Notes: generated from the letters alone by a model not told the origin. DNA of 64,000 nt from Octopus sinensis (GCF_006345805.1 NC_043001.1:112406001-112470000), one strand, 5' to 3'; positions 47,623 to 61,233 are shown, counted from the first letter of the stretch. Numbers and translations are program-made.

Positions 47623-47990
47623 CTCTTTTACTCTTTTACTTGTTTCTGTCATTTGACTGCGGCCATGCTGGAGCCCCGACCCCGGGACTTATTCTTTGTA
47701 AGCCCAGTACTTATTCTATCGGTCTCTTTTGCCGACCCGCTAAGTGACGGGGACGTAAACACACCAGCATCGGTTGTCAAGCAATGCTAGGGGGACAAAC
47801 ACAGACTTATATATATATACATATATACGACAGGCTTCTTTCAGTTTCCGTCTACCAAATCCACTCACAAGGCATTGGTCGGCCCGGGGCTATAGCAGAA
47901 GACACTTGCCCAAGATGCCACGCAGTGGGACTGAACCCGGAACCATGTGGTTGGTTAGCAAGCTACTTACCACAGAGCCACTCCTGCACC
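47623..47990 (-). mobile_element. SINE family A copy
   Basis: Full head to tail. Confidence 0.9.
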
Positions 47991-48147
47991 TATCTGTGTA
48001 TGCTTGTGTGTGCGGTGTATGTGTTTTAGGGTGGTTATTTAGATGAGTTTAGTGAGTACGTTATACTTTTTCGTATTAATTAATGATTGTAATTAACTAT
48101 AATACCCTGCAATCCTTTTTTGGAATAACATGCTGTTACTCTCTTGC

Positions 48148-48484
48148 TAAAGGCGCGTGGCTCAGTGGTTAGAGCGTCGAGCTTACGATCGTGAGGTTGT
48201 GAGCTCGAATCCCGGACCGGGCTGCGTGTTGTGTTCTTGAGCAAGACACTTTATTTCACGTTGCTCCAGTTCACTCAGCTGTAGAAATGAGTTGCGACGT
48301 CACAGGTGCCAAGCTGTATCGGCCCCTTTGCCTTTCCCTTGGACAACATCGGTGACGTGGAGAGGGGAGGCCGGTATGCATGGGCGACTGCTGGTCTTCC
48401 ATAAAACAACCTTGCCCAGACTTGTGCCTCAGAGGGTAACTCTCTAGGTGCAAACCCATGGTCAGTGTCTGACCGAAGGGGGTC
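48148..48484 (+). mobile_element. tRNA-headed CORE-like SINE family D
   Basis: GGCGCGTGGCTCAGTGGTTAGAGCG (A box)...GCTCGAATCCC (B box), CORE-like TTCTTGAGCAAGACACTTTATTTCAC...GTAGAAATGAGT, tail CTAGGTGCAAACCCATGG...GACCGAAGG. Confidence 0.85.
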
Positions 48485-48702
48485 AAGAATGTTTGCTGGA
48501 AGATGCTGGATAACGATCGGTGGATAGTGACAATCCGTGAGGGCTTTGACTAGTTTCTTGAAAGGATCCTGCGATTCCGAGACCCGTTTATATGTAACAT
48601 CCATGAATGTTTATCGAAATAAGTTCCGCATCGTCGACCGTTAACCGAAGATTGAAAGTATTGAATGCTATATTTCACTTTTTCTAATCCTGGATGGTGT
48701 TG

Positions 48703-49952
48703 TCTCTGTGTCTACTTGAAAGGTTTGAAATCATAAACCCATCATCTCTGTACAGGCCCCCCAGTAATGCAATTGCGGGAAAACCAGCGCCACCGATATC
48801 GACACCACCGACATCAACACTGTTTATGAATAATAAAATGACCGTGAAAACTAGTAAGGGCAACATCAAGAATGTCACCACCAACACTATTCCCCCACCA
48901 GGCTATTAGAACTAAGTTTATCCCCATCATTATTATCTACAGGTCTGTGGGTAGACCGATCTTACGTTACAAAGATGTTTGCAAAAGGGACATGAAGGCC
49001 TGCAACATCAATATTAGCGGTTGGGAGGCAGTTCCCGGCAACCGTGGAGAATGGCGACGTACCGTAAGAGAGGAATACAAAGGAGTGACGAGAGAGAGAG
49101 GAAAATGGAAGAAAGGAAGAGACGTAAACAAGAGACTATGCACTACAACCAGCCAGGAACAGTCTTCGCTACATTTGCAGTACCTGCCAGAGGGAGTGTT
49201 TGTCCAGGATAGGACTACACAGCCACAGCAGGAAATGTATTAGGACATGAAATATAAAAGCCGGACTAGACTACTTCATGCGCAACTCCATTGTCTCCCG
49301 AGACAGAAAGGATGCCAATACCAAAACCAATATTATCTACACTAGTTATTTTAACAACATCAACAATAACTTGGGAGCATGTGACGTGATTCTTATGGTT
49401 ACTAGAAATAGCAACTATAACAAATAGCTAAGCCTCCTTCACTTCAAATTATCACATGACATCTTTAATAAGTGAGGTAAAATACTGTCTTGTGCCCTGG
49501 GACTTATGGTTTCCGTGGTTTATATGTGGCCGAGATCACAACAGCTTCTTTGAATGCAACGCCAGTCTGTCGAGGTTTTACATATTTAGTGCTGAGTGGA
49601 CTGGAGCAACATGAAGTTGTTTTACACAATAATACAGCTCAGCGGCCGGTACAGGATAAGAAAACACACGAACGGCACACTCCAGTCATTAAGCTACGCA
49701 CCTTCAAACCTTATATAGGTGGTGGTGTTGGTGGTGGTGGCGATGCTTTTGGTGGTTTTGCGGGTGGTAGCATTCTTGATGTTACCCTTGGTACTTGTTG
49801 CGGTCATTTTGTTTATAAATAGTGTTGTTGTCGGTGGTGATGGTGCAGTAGTATCAATATCGGTGGCGTTGGCTTTCCTGAAATTGCATTAACGGGGGTC
49901 TGTACAGGGATGATGGGTTTATGATTTGGAACTTTTCAAATAGACACAGACG
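48703..49952. repeat. Dispersed inverted repeat pair (about 190-bp arms: 48703-48890 and 49762-49952)
   Basis: ctgtgtctacttgaaaggtttgaaatcataaacccatcatctctgtacag... vs the reverse complement ctgtgtctatttgaaaagttccaaatcataaacccatcatccctgtacag...; roughly 80 percent similar by eye. Confidence 0.8.
48938..49322 (+). pseudogene. RTE-clade LINE 3' end (C-terminal CCHH finger and tail)
   Basis: RSVGRPILRYKDVCKRDMKACNINISGWE...NRGEWR...EERKRRKQ...YICSTCQRECLSRIGLHSHSRKC; tail ccattgtctcccgagacagaaaggatgccaatac. Confidence 0.85.
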
Positions 49953-50373
49953 ATATGATCAAGACTGGGAATACCTTAGATGACGAGTCTTCTCGATCTC
50001 GGTTCACCTGGGGCTAAACAAAAACGAAAATGATAACAAAATGTTCATTAATTATACATCATCATATATAATGGCCACTCTATATCCTGTACACTGTGAA
50101 AAACATTTCGTCTTTCTTTACCGATTACACTACCACAGCTGCCGTTAAGAAATGTCCTACTAACACAACTACTAATTTTACAAAGACTAACTACAACTAC
50201 AAAATACTATTGCAAGGTCTCTATTGAATGAAGAGGGCCGACATTTCAAAAGTGCCATACCAATTATACCATCAACAAGGCCACTACTATTGAAAACGGC
50301 GATCACAAAGCAACCCCACTATGAGACCAGTCACAACTCGAATATTACCACCAACGAAACTAATGGCTCCACG

Positions 50374-50423
<50 letters not shown>

Positions 50424-50628
50424 TGACTACTACTAATCATAATAATAGTAATAATAATGATAATAATAATAATACTATTACTTCATCAATGATATCATGA
50501 GGAGCATGGTATCTGCTGCTAAAGTACTAAAACCAATAAAACTACACAATATTTAACACAGACATACACAAAACATACACACAAACACACACACACACAC
50601 ACACAACACATCAATATTACTAGCTCAA

Positions 50629-51450
50629 AGGCGGCGAGCTGGCAAAATCGTTAGCACGCCAGGAAAAATGCTTAGCGGTTTTTCGTCTGCCGTTACGTTC
50701 TGAGTTTAAATTCAGCTGAGGTTGACTTTGCCTTTCATCCTTTCGGCCTCGATAAATTAAGTACCAGTTACGCACTGGGCTCGATGTAATCGACTTAATA
50801 CCTTTGTCTGTCCTTGTTTGTCCCCCCTATGTTCAGCTCCTTGTGGGTAATAAAGAAATAGGTATTTCATCTGCCGCTACGTTCTGAGTTCAAATTCCAC
50901 CAAGGTCGACATTGCCTTTTATAATTTCGAGATCGATAAATTAAGTACCAGTTGCATACTGGAGTCGATCTAATCGACTGGCGCTCTCCTCCAAAATTTC
51001 GGGCCTTGTGCCTAGAGTAGAAAAGAATATTACTAATTAATTTCGTCCGTCTTTACGTTCCAATTTCAAATTCCGCCGAGGTCGACTTTGCCTTTTATCT
51101 CTCGGCATCGAGGAAACAAGTACCTATTTCTTTACTACTCACAAGGGGCTAAACACAGAGAGGACAAACAAGGACAGACAAACGGATTAAGTCGATTACA
51201 TCGACCCCAGTGCGTAACTGGTACTTATTTCATCGACCCCGAAAGGATGAAAGGCAAAGTTGACCTCGGCAGAATTGGAACTCAGAACGTAATGGCAGAC
51301 AAAATACGGCTACGCATTTCGCACGGTGTGCTAACGTTTCTGCCAGCTGCTGCCTTAAGGAAACAAGTACCAGTTAATGACTGGGATCGATGTAATCGAC
51401 TTCATTCCCTCCCCTCAAAATTTATGGCTTTGTGTTAAAGTTTGAAACCT
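50629..51450. mobile_element. SINE family C cluster: plus dimer (50629-51035), partial plus, minus monomer (51120-51358), partial plus
   Basis: Junction TAAAGAAATA|GGTATTTC at 50860/50861, followed by an opposite-strand full copy. Confidence 0.88.
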
Positions 51451-51779
51451 ATACTACTACATACATTGACTCTACAAATAACAGCTGTCTTCTCTCCCCA
51501 CCTAATAAAACCCTAACCCAAACGAGTTATCAACACCATTATTAACTACCATTAACCATGACCAAAATCTACATTAGCAACGCTGAAAAGAATTCTTCGC
51601 CAAAACAACAGACAATAGAATCGCTATATCAAACTGTCAAAACCATAAGTCACCAAAATCACCAACAGCAACACCCCCAACGCATGCGCACACAACACAC
51701 ACACACACACACGCACACATACACACACATCACTAACAGAACCACCAACGACAACAACACCATCACCATCATCATTAAA

Positions 51780-52095
51780 AATCCCACCCCACCCCTCCAC
51801 TCTACCACTACCACACCACCACCACCATCACCGCCACCAACGACGCAGTCAGGTATGATCCCCCGCCATTCTACCAATGATACAATCACTTCTACTGACA
51901 TTGCTTTCCACCACCACCACCATCACCACCACCTTCACCACCACCACCATCACCACCACTTCTAACACCACCAACATCAATTCCACCACCAACACCAACA
52001 CCAGCACCAACACAACGACCACCACTTCTAACACCACCAACATCAACTCCACCACCACCAACACCAACACCAGCACCAACACAACGACCACCACT
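51780..52095. repeat. (CCA/ACA)n low complexity with a tandem duplication of about 63-66 bp
   Basis: accacttctaacaccaccaacatcaa...caccagcaccaacacaacgacc occurs twice. Confidence 0.8.
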
Positions 52096-53788
52096 TTCAA
52101 TACCATCAATGCATTCTGCGGCAAACACATCATCAGTGGGGCCGCCATCGTCTGAAGAGCATTAGTTGTTGTCAAGATTTTAGCTCGAGGCCAACTGTCG
52201 TTCATGAATACGCCATCATTACTGTTGCAGTCACTTCGATAGTATTTTCACAAATGCAATCAACTTCGCGACATTTTCATTCTATGTTGTTACTCTGAGT
52301 GGTGCTACTGCACTTCACGTTTTAGTTATTATTGTTGTTGACGTATATGAACTTTTCCTTGCCCAGTCAGTCTCTTTCTCTCCTTCTCTTTCTGACTCTC
52401 GTTCTCTCAGTCTGTAGACCCCCCGCACTTCACTTACTTTCTTTGTCTATCAGTCGCATGCTTCCATTTTCCTTTTGTAACTTTTACTGCTCTTGCTTTT
52501 GTAACACTTATATTTAGTTGTTACTGTAGTTGTTGTCACTATTATTGTTGCTGTTACTATTATTGCTTCTTTGATTGCAGTTTCTTCTTGATGTTATTCT
52601 GATATTTCAGATCCTTCAACCTTCAGCTCCTCGCGCTACCAGATCCTTTTACCCCATCACTTGTATATACACCAGCACTTCTTAATGTCTTCTCCACCAG
52701 ACCTCTCCTACAAATTCTCCATACTTAAACCTATTCTTGATAATTTTGTTACAGTGTCAAATCTAAACAGACTTAGTGTTTAAAATTCTTCCTTATATTT
52801 TCCCGGCTGATGAGTTTGTTATTAACTAGTAATTGCCTCTACTCAATTATTCCGTCAGCTCCAATGAACAGCCATCTTCATCACTATTCATATTAAAACC
52901 AACATCTAAATAACTGATTTCAACCCGATCCCATCCATCATCCTAATCAATATATACCTGCAGGTGTCCGTGAAATCTAGGGGTACCCTTTTAACTGCAA
53001 AACTAAATTGCTTAATTTTGCATGTATTCAAACTCAGTCCTGCACGTAAGAATCCAAGTCTTAGGATCTTATACAAATTTGTAAATTAATAAAAATATTG
53101 CATTGTAATAATTGGAATTCATGAACATTATCTTCAAAGATTAAAGATGTTTTAATATTTCCATTTATATTTGGTGTGACGTGCTGGCAGAATCGTTAGC
53201 ACGCCGGGTAAAAAAAGGCTTAGTGGCATTTCGTCGGTCCTTATGTTCTGGGTTCAAATTCCACCGAGATGGACCTTACCTTTCATCTTTTCGGTGTTGA
53301 TAGAATAATTACTAGTTGAGCCATGGGGTCGATGTAATAGTCTTACCTACTCCCCCACCAGGAACTTGCTGGCCTTGTGCCAAATTTTGAAATCAATATT
53401 TCTCTTTACTTTATGTTTCAATCGGCTTCATCGATGATATTCAATATATGTTATTAATGTATATATATAATATATATATATATCTATACATATGCGTATA
53501 GCGTATATACAGGCGTACAAAGATGGCAAATTTAACAGCCTTAATCAATTTTTAACCTAATAGGGTTCTCATCTAAGATGCTTACATCACTTCTCAAAAA
53601 CCTGAAAAAATAAGTAATTAATCAATATACAAAACAAATATAGTAAATTCGGAGAACTGGTACTAATATCTATCGATATATATATATACATACATACGCT
53701 TATAATATCTATATATATATATATACATATATACATCATACGCTTATATATATATATATAATATATTATATAATATATATAATATATA

Positions 53789-53829
<41 letters not shown>

Positions 53830-54146
53830 ACTACGCTATTCGTCTCGAGAAAGCATCAGGTATGTGCATAGTGTTACAGAACACGGAACTAAATCAGTAA
53901 CAGACGAAAAGTATATTACAGCTGTGGTAAAAACGCAGCACTATCTTCTGAAAAAAAACTTCTCCATTCTTCACCGTAAGAAGCAAAGAAGGCAGAAATT
54001 CCCCGAGAAGATCCAATCATTTGAAGGAAAGTCAGCATTATTTGCCGTTCAAGAAATATTTGCCCGTTCACCCTCAATTCACACACTAACAACTTCAAAA
54101 AGATGGATCAGGTATTGCGTAATGCTCAACTACGTACTCTATCTGA

Positions 54147-54528
54147 GGAGGCGCAATGGCCCAGTGGTTAGGGCAGCGGACTCGTGGTCGTAGGATCGCC
54201 GTTTCGATTCCCAGACCGGGCGTTGGGAGTGTGTTTATTGAGCGAAAACACCTAAAGCTCACGAGGCTCGGCAGGGGGTGGTGGTGATCCCTGCTGTACT
54301 CTTTCCACAACTTTCTCTCACTCTTACTTCCTGTTTCTGTTGTACCTGTATTTCAAAGGGCCGGCCTTGTCACTCTCTATGTCACGCTGAATATCCCCGA
54401 GAACTACGTTAAGGGTACACGTGTCTGTGGAGTGCTCAGCCACTTATACGTTAATTTCACGAGCAGGCTGTTCCGTTGGTCGGATCAACCGGAACCCTCA
54501 TCGTCGTAACCGACGGAGTGCTTCAACC
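54147..54528 (+). mobile_element. SINE family B, full length, 11-bp TSD ACTCTATCTGA
   Basis: TSD at 54136-54146 and 54529-54539. Confidence 0.95.
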
Positions 54529-55689
54529 ACTCTATCTGAAAAACCAAATTTGGCAATTCATAAGCTGGAATGTTTTTTATTGTGTTTGATGCTCAGTTAG
54601 ATCCTAGGGCTTAAATCAAAATGATACTGTAACATCCTGTCAGATAACACTACTGCGACATCTGCTGACACATTCTCTATTAATTGTAGGATACCCATAA
54701 GGCTCTGTGGTGTACCCTATATTTGTCTCTACAATATGGGAACTACGTACTGTCACCTGAAGCAATGTACACTTTTACGTAGATAATCCTTTCCTTCATT
54801 ACTCGCAAAATGTTTGCACCTAAGTGCCCTTTACTTGCAACCTAAACAACACACACCACATATACACTCATTCAATGACCAAAAGCCTTGAAACGCTTTC
54901 CAAAGGAGTCATATCAACACCATCAACCCCGGTAAGTATCTAGTATATCAGATGGATGAAAAACAGAGTTGACTCGTGGGATTTGAACTCAGAGCATATG
55001 CCCAGAGAAATACCGGTGATAAATAAATAATGAACAATAATAAACAAAAAATAATGAATAAAATGAATACCAAAAATGATAATAAATAAGGAGTTTAACA
55101 AAATACTGATTTCTCTACCAAAAGTAGTAAATCACCAATTATAGTAACTGGCAGCCGACATCTCTATGGACACGTGACGAATAGCCATCCAATTTTTTTC
55201 ATTTATCGGTTCATTGAGTTAGTCATGGCGGAATTTTACCATTGATGAAATTAGTCAGTATACATACATGTATACATACGTACATACAAACATATATGCG
55301 CATATATGCCAACTTACATGCATACACACTATACAAGGTTTGAGTTACGAAATCTGAAATGGCTTCAATGAACACACACACACATGCACACACGAATACA
55401 CACACGCTTACACACATACATACACACACACAACTACAGATAAATTTATATTTATGTTTGTGTAAATCAGGTATATATATGCAGGCATGCACATGTATAT
55501 ATACCTACATATGGACATACACAGAAGCATACAAAACTACATTCACACATACTTGCCAACGCATACACACACAAACAACCATACGTACATAAATGGATTA
55601 CTACACAGATGCTTACACACACACGTACATATATACATACGTACATACAACATAAATATATATATGTACATACACACATAGATATATAC

Positions 55690-56135
55690 ATATACATGCA
55701 TACATACATACATACATACATATATACTTACATGCATACATACATACATAAATACATACATACATACATGCATACATACATACATACATACATACATACA
55801 TAATACATACATACATACATACAAACATACATACATACATACATACATACAAACATACATAAATACATACATACATACATACATAAATACATACATACAT
55901 ACATACATACATACATACATGCATGCATTCCAAATACATACATTGCATACATGCATACATCCAACATACATAAATACATACATATAAATACATACATACA
56001 TACATGCATGCATACCATACATACATACATACATACATACATACATACATACATGCATGCATACATACATACATACATGCATACATACATATATCCATAC
56101 ATACATACATACATACATACATACATACATACAAT
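55690..56135. repeat. (CATA)n array
   Basis: Direct reading. Confidence 0.95.
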
Positions 56136-56631
56136 ACAATACACCGCTATATTACCTCTATTTTATTACATGTCATCCTGTACCGTAAATCCTTTTTTGT
56201 TCACCCTATCAATTGCTATCTCCCTATCTCCCTCCCCGGTCTATTTCTCTTTCTGTCTCTGTCTCTCTCGCTCTTTTCTCTCTCACACACACTCACACAT
56301 ACAAGCAGACTCTATCGCGCAGACACATACAAACACACTCAAACACACACACACTTACACAAGCATAAACAATCACAGTATTCACTTTACTTCCATCGTC
56401 TTTTCGTTGTATTTTTATTGATGCTACGTCTTCCAGCCTCGTCATTCCACAATGTACGATAATTTAAGAGATCTATCTATCTTCTATCTTCATTCCCTAT
56501 CTATCTATCTATCTACTATCTATCTATCTATCTATCTATCTATATATATCATCTATCTATCTATCTATCTATCTATCTATATCTATCTATCTATCTACGA
56601 TCTATCTATCTCTCTATAGCTATATATATAT

Positions 56632-56677
<46 letters not shown>

Positions 56678-56678
<1 letters not shown>

Positions 56679-57072
56679 GGAGTGGCTGAGTTGGTAAGTA
56701 GCTTGTTTACCAACCGCATGGTTCCGGGTTCACTCCCACTGCGTGGCACCTTGGGCAAGTGTCTTCTACTATAGCCTCGGGCCGACCAAAGCCTTGTGAG
56801 TGGATTTGGTAGACGGAAACTGAAAGAAGCCCGTCGTATATATGTATATATGTGTATATGTATGTGTGTGTTTGTCCCTAAGCATTGCTTGACAACCGAT
56901 GCTGGTGTGTTTATTTCCCCGTCACTTAGCGGTTCGGCAAAAGAGACTGATAGAATAAGTACTGGGTTTACAAAAAGAATAAGTCCCGGGGTCGAGTTGC
57001 TCGATTAAAGGCGGTGCTCCAGCATGGCCGCAGTCAAGTGACTGAAACAAGTAAAAGAGTAAAAGAAAAGAG
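56678..57072 (+). mobile_element. SINE family A copy
   Basis: AGGAGTGGCTGAGTTGGTAAG...GGTTCACTCCC...AGTAAAAGAGTAAAAG. Confidence 0.9.
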
Positions 57073-57096
57073 TATTATATATATATATATATATAT

Positions 57097-57127
<31 letters not shown>

Positions 57128-57148
57128 CATATATGTATATGTCTGTGT

Positions 57149-57187
<39 letters not shown>

Positions 57188-57377
57188 CAATTATTCGGTA
57201 GCCATGATGAAGCTCTGAGTTTCGGATGTCGGGGCGGAAACCCACGCCGGCATCTCTTCAGTTACAGATAAATTCCTCTATTTACATAATATCGAGGTCT
57301 CTTTCATTCTTTTGTTGTCTTGCCATTTCTATCAATCAATATATGCAAACTTTTTCTCATTTAACCTCTTTTTCGAC

Positions 57378-57410
57378 TTCATCACTATCATCATCGCCAT
57401 CATCATCATC

Positions 57411-57459
<49 letters not shown>

Positions 57460-57556
57460 ATATCATCATCATCATTATCATCATAGTCGTCGTCATCATC
57501 GTTTTCGTTGTCATCGTCTTCAACATCATCAATATTCTTCTTCCTCTTCTTGTTCC

Positions 57557-57594
<38 letters not shown>

Positions 57595-57614
57595 GTATTC
57601 TTATTATTATTATC

Positions 57615-57668
<54 letters not shown>

Positions 57669-57725
57669 TTATTATAGTTTATTTTTATATTATTATTATT
57701 ATTATTTTATTATTATTATCATTGA
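57378..57725. repeat. (CAT)n and (TTA)n microsatellites
   Basis: Direct reading. Confidence 0.9.
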
Positions 57726-57730
57726 TAAGT

Positions 57731-58605
57731 GAAGCAGCGATCTGGCAGATTTGTTAGCACGGTGGGAAAAATGTTTAGCGGCATTTCGTCCGTCTTTACG
57801 TTCTGAGTTCAAATACCACCGAGGTCGACTTCACCTTTTATCTTTTCGGAGTCGATTAAATACGTACTAGTTAAACACAGGAGTCCATGCATTCGACTAG
57901 CCTCGTCTCCCAAAATTTCAGCCCTTTTGCCTATAGTAGAAAGGTTTATCATTATTTTATTATTTTTGTTGTTGTTACTACATTTTACTTCTCAGAACAC
58001 TCGATCATAATTACTCCGATTAATTCTGTGAAAGCGGACAGTAACCTCGCAGAAACGTTAGCGCGCCGGGCGAAATGCTTAGCGATATTTCGTCTGCGTC
58101 CACGTTCTGAGTTCAAATTCCGCCGAGGTCGACTTTGCCTTTCATCCTTTCGGAGTCGATTAAATAAGTACCAGTTACGCCCTGGGGTCGATGTAATCGA
58201 CTTAATCCCTTTGTCTGTCCTTGTTTGTCCTCTCTGTGTTTAGCCCCTTGTGGGTAGTAAAGAAATAGATATTTCGTCTCCCGCTACGTTCTGAGTCTAA
58301 GTACCACCGAGGTCGGCTTTGCCTTTAATCCTTTCGGGGTCGATAAATTAAGTACCAATTGCGTACTGAGGTCGATATAATCGACTGGCATCCTCCCCAC
58401 CCCCAAAATTTCGGGCCTTGTGCCTAGAATAGAAACGAATATCTATAATCTTAGTTTCCTTTTTCCCTCTTATCCACTACAACGATCTTCGGGCATCTAT
58501 TTGAGAGTCGAATAGGATTGTAAAATCGTTCGAGATTTTATCGTCATTGTTCTCAGTAACGCATTTTGGTACATGTTCATACCATTTCCAATTCTTCCAA
58601 AACAT

Positions 58606-58637
<32 letters not shown>

Positions 58638-58642
58638 CAACA

Positions 58643-58677
<35 letters not shown>

Positions 58678-58960
58678 ACATCATTATCATCATCCTCATC
58701 ATAATACTCGTCATCATCATCTTGTTAAAGCAGTTAGCTGACGAACTTGATAGCACGTCGGATAAAAAATGCTTAGCGGTATTTCACTACGTTCTGAGTC
58801 GCTATGTTCTGAGTTCAAGTTCCGCCGAGGTCGACATAGCCTTTCATCCTATCGGGATCGATGAAATAAGTATAAGTCGAACATTGGGGTCGATGTAATC
58901 GACTAGCTCCTTCCCCTAACTTTCAGGCCTTGTGCCTATAGTTGAAAGGATTATTATTAT
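57731..58960 (+). mobile_element. SINE family C copies: 57731-57960, dimer 58035-58445, 58730-58960
   Basis: Repeated head and core; dimer junction TAAAGAAATA|GATATTTCG at 58267/58268. Confidence 0.85.
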
Positions 58961-58998
58961 TATTATTTATACTACTACTACTTATACAAAACTTGCTA

Positions 58999-59035
<37 letters not shown>

Positions 59036-59865
59036 GTACTACTAATGCTGCTGCTGCTATTGCAACTGCTGCAGTTGCTACTACTCCTACGGCTATTACT
59101 GCTACTACTACTGCTGCTACTACTACTACTACTACTACTGCTGCTACTGCACTGCTGCTGTTACTACTACTACTGCTGCTGCTACTACTACTACTGCTAC
59201 TACTACTACTACTATACTACTACTACTAACTACTACATAGTTGGAATCGTTTTTCCAAGATCACCAAGAACAATCACAGCCGAAACAACAACAGCAACAA
59301 TCAACAACAACCGTTACCATCCGAAGAAATCTTGGTTTCAATATCTTATCTCGCATATTTTGCTTTCCTTCCCCCCCCCCTTCTTGTCTCCCATAAAATT
59401 CACTCTCGCCTTTCTATGAGGACCACATGATGTTTAATAACAGCCCGTATACCATTTTTTCCAATAAAAGGGATCATCATATTTTAAATTGTACTTCTAT
59501 TCTCTAACGCAGCCAATATTCCTGGCAAAAGAAATATCCTCTTAATCTTCACACCTCAAATAAATCAGGATTTGGGAACCTCCGTGTCACTAGTTTGCAA
59601 CCATATTGCTTACTAAACCATCTTGTTGTTAGCCAAACGTTTTATCTTGATTTATGCCTTCAAGATGCCCCGTGAACGTGTATTGTGCATGGATTTATGC
59701 GTACACACTTGGACACATTTACACACAAACACATACATATACAAACACACACAAACATACGCATACATGTATGTAAATATGTGTGTGCGTATATATGTGT
59801 GTGTATATGTGTGTGTATGTGTGTGTACGTATGCATACATATATCTTTCTCTCTCTCTTTTTCTC

Positions 59866-60302
59866 TCTCTTTTACTTGTTTCAGTCATTTGACTGCGGCC
59901 ATGCTGGAGCACCGCCTTTAGTCGAGCAAATCGACCCCGGGACTTATTCTTTGTAAGCCCAGTACTTATTCTATCGGTCTCTTTTGCCGAACCGCTAAGT
60001 GACGGGGAGTGCATATTCTTTTTTTTCTCTTTCTTTTATTTGTTTCAGTCATTTGACTGCGGCCATACTGGAGCACCGCCCCCCAGGACTTATTCTTTGT
60101 AAGCCTACTACTTATTCTATCGAGCTCTTTTGCCGAACGGTTAAGTTACGGGGACGTAAACACACCAGCGAAGTTGGGGGGACAAACACACACACACTTA
60201 TATACGCCGGTCTTCTCTTCAGTTTCCGTCTACCAAATCCACTCACAAGGCTTTGGTTGGCCCGAGGACATAGTAGAAGACACTTCCCCAAGTGCCACGC
60301 AG
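59866..60302 (-). mobile_element. Two tandem partial SINE family A copies (59866-60008, 60035-60302)
   Basis: Family A tail twice; the second copy extends to the B-box region. Confidence 0.8.
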
Positions 60303-60423
60303 TATGTAAGTATATATGTAAAGGAGATTTTGTCCAAGACCATCGACGCAAATGTTTAAACTAGGCTCTCAAATAGAGAAGGTTTTGTACGACTGAAGTT
60401 ACAAATCTAGTCAGTACAGTGTG

Positions 60424-60458
<35 letters not shown>

Positions 60459-60871
60459 AGGTAGAGAGAGGTGTGTCGTATAGGTAGGCAAGACAGGCAG
60501 TGCCTACCTTGAATAAAATAGATAGCGCTATTTTCCTCGCATGGCAAAATATGCACCTAATTCAATAAAATTATGAAGGTTAGCCTGATTACTATGCATA
60601 AAATGCAAAATGATTTTATTTTTTTGTAGATTAGGCAGGCATAATTCGCCCTTGGTTTTCACTCTCAGTATTTAAGCCACGCATAGTACTGCTGTGGTAC
60701 ACATGCTTCTTACACTTTCGACAACACCGTTTTCTTTACATGCTATAAAGGCACCAAAAGATCTGCCTTCAACTCAGTCGCGCGCCTGTATTTCGCTTAT
60801 ATCGTGCGTGTTTTACTACATAAAGCTCACCAACTGCCAACTATTCTGAATAATTATTGACATGGCACGTG

Positions 60872-60924
<53 letters not shown>

Positions 60925-60925
<1 letters not shown>

Positions 60926-61130
60926 ACCGCGTGTGTACCGTTGGCGATTTTTTTTCCTCTCTCTTCCCTTCTCTGGATCCTTCCTTCTCCTATGTTTCTG
61001 ACGAAGAGCTCCGCTCGAAACGTTAAAGACCTTCTTCTTCCCTCCTTCCTGAGCGTCCAGTAATACTATATTTGTTCCACGTCCTCGCGTGTTGTTGTGA
61101 TTTTTTGTGCTTTCTTGTTTGGATTAACTA
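60925..61130 (+). mobile_element. Microsatellite-embedded element of about 200 bp carrying a minimal hammerhead
   Basis: Flanked by (TG)n and (TA)n; homologous to 17193-17400 and to 37350-37390. Confidence 0.75.
60994..61030 (+). ncRNA. Minimal hammerhead ribozyme (extra A after CUGANGA, palindromic ACGU helix III)
   Basis: GTTT-CTGACGA-A-GAGC TCC GCTC-GAAA-CG-TT-AAAG: core boxes intact, 4-bp stem II, 3-bp stem I. Confidence 0.65.
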
Positions 61131-61200
61131 TGTACATATATATATATAATATCATATTATATATATATATATATAATATATATACATATCTATTATCTAA

Positions 61201-61233
<33 letters not shown>

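Noticed and set aside
51899-52165. Pro-rich open frame resembling the 90-bp array peptide
   Set aside because: Shared (CCA)n composition explains the resemblance; no start codon or acceptor.
52120-52195. CTGAAGAGC...GCTCGAGG (plus) and CTGATGATG...CAGAAT (minus) hammerhead-like strings
   Set aside because: No GAAA box and no stem I pairing.
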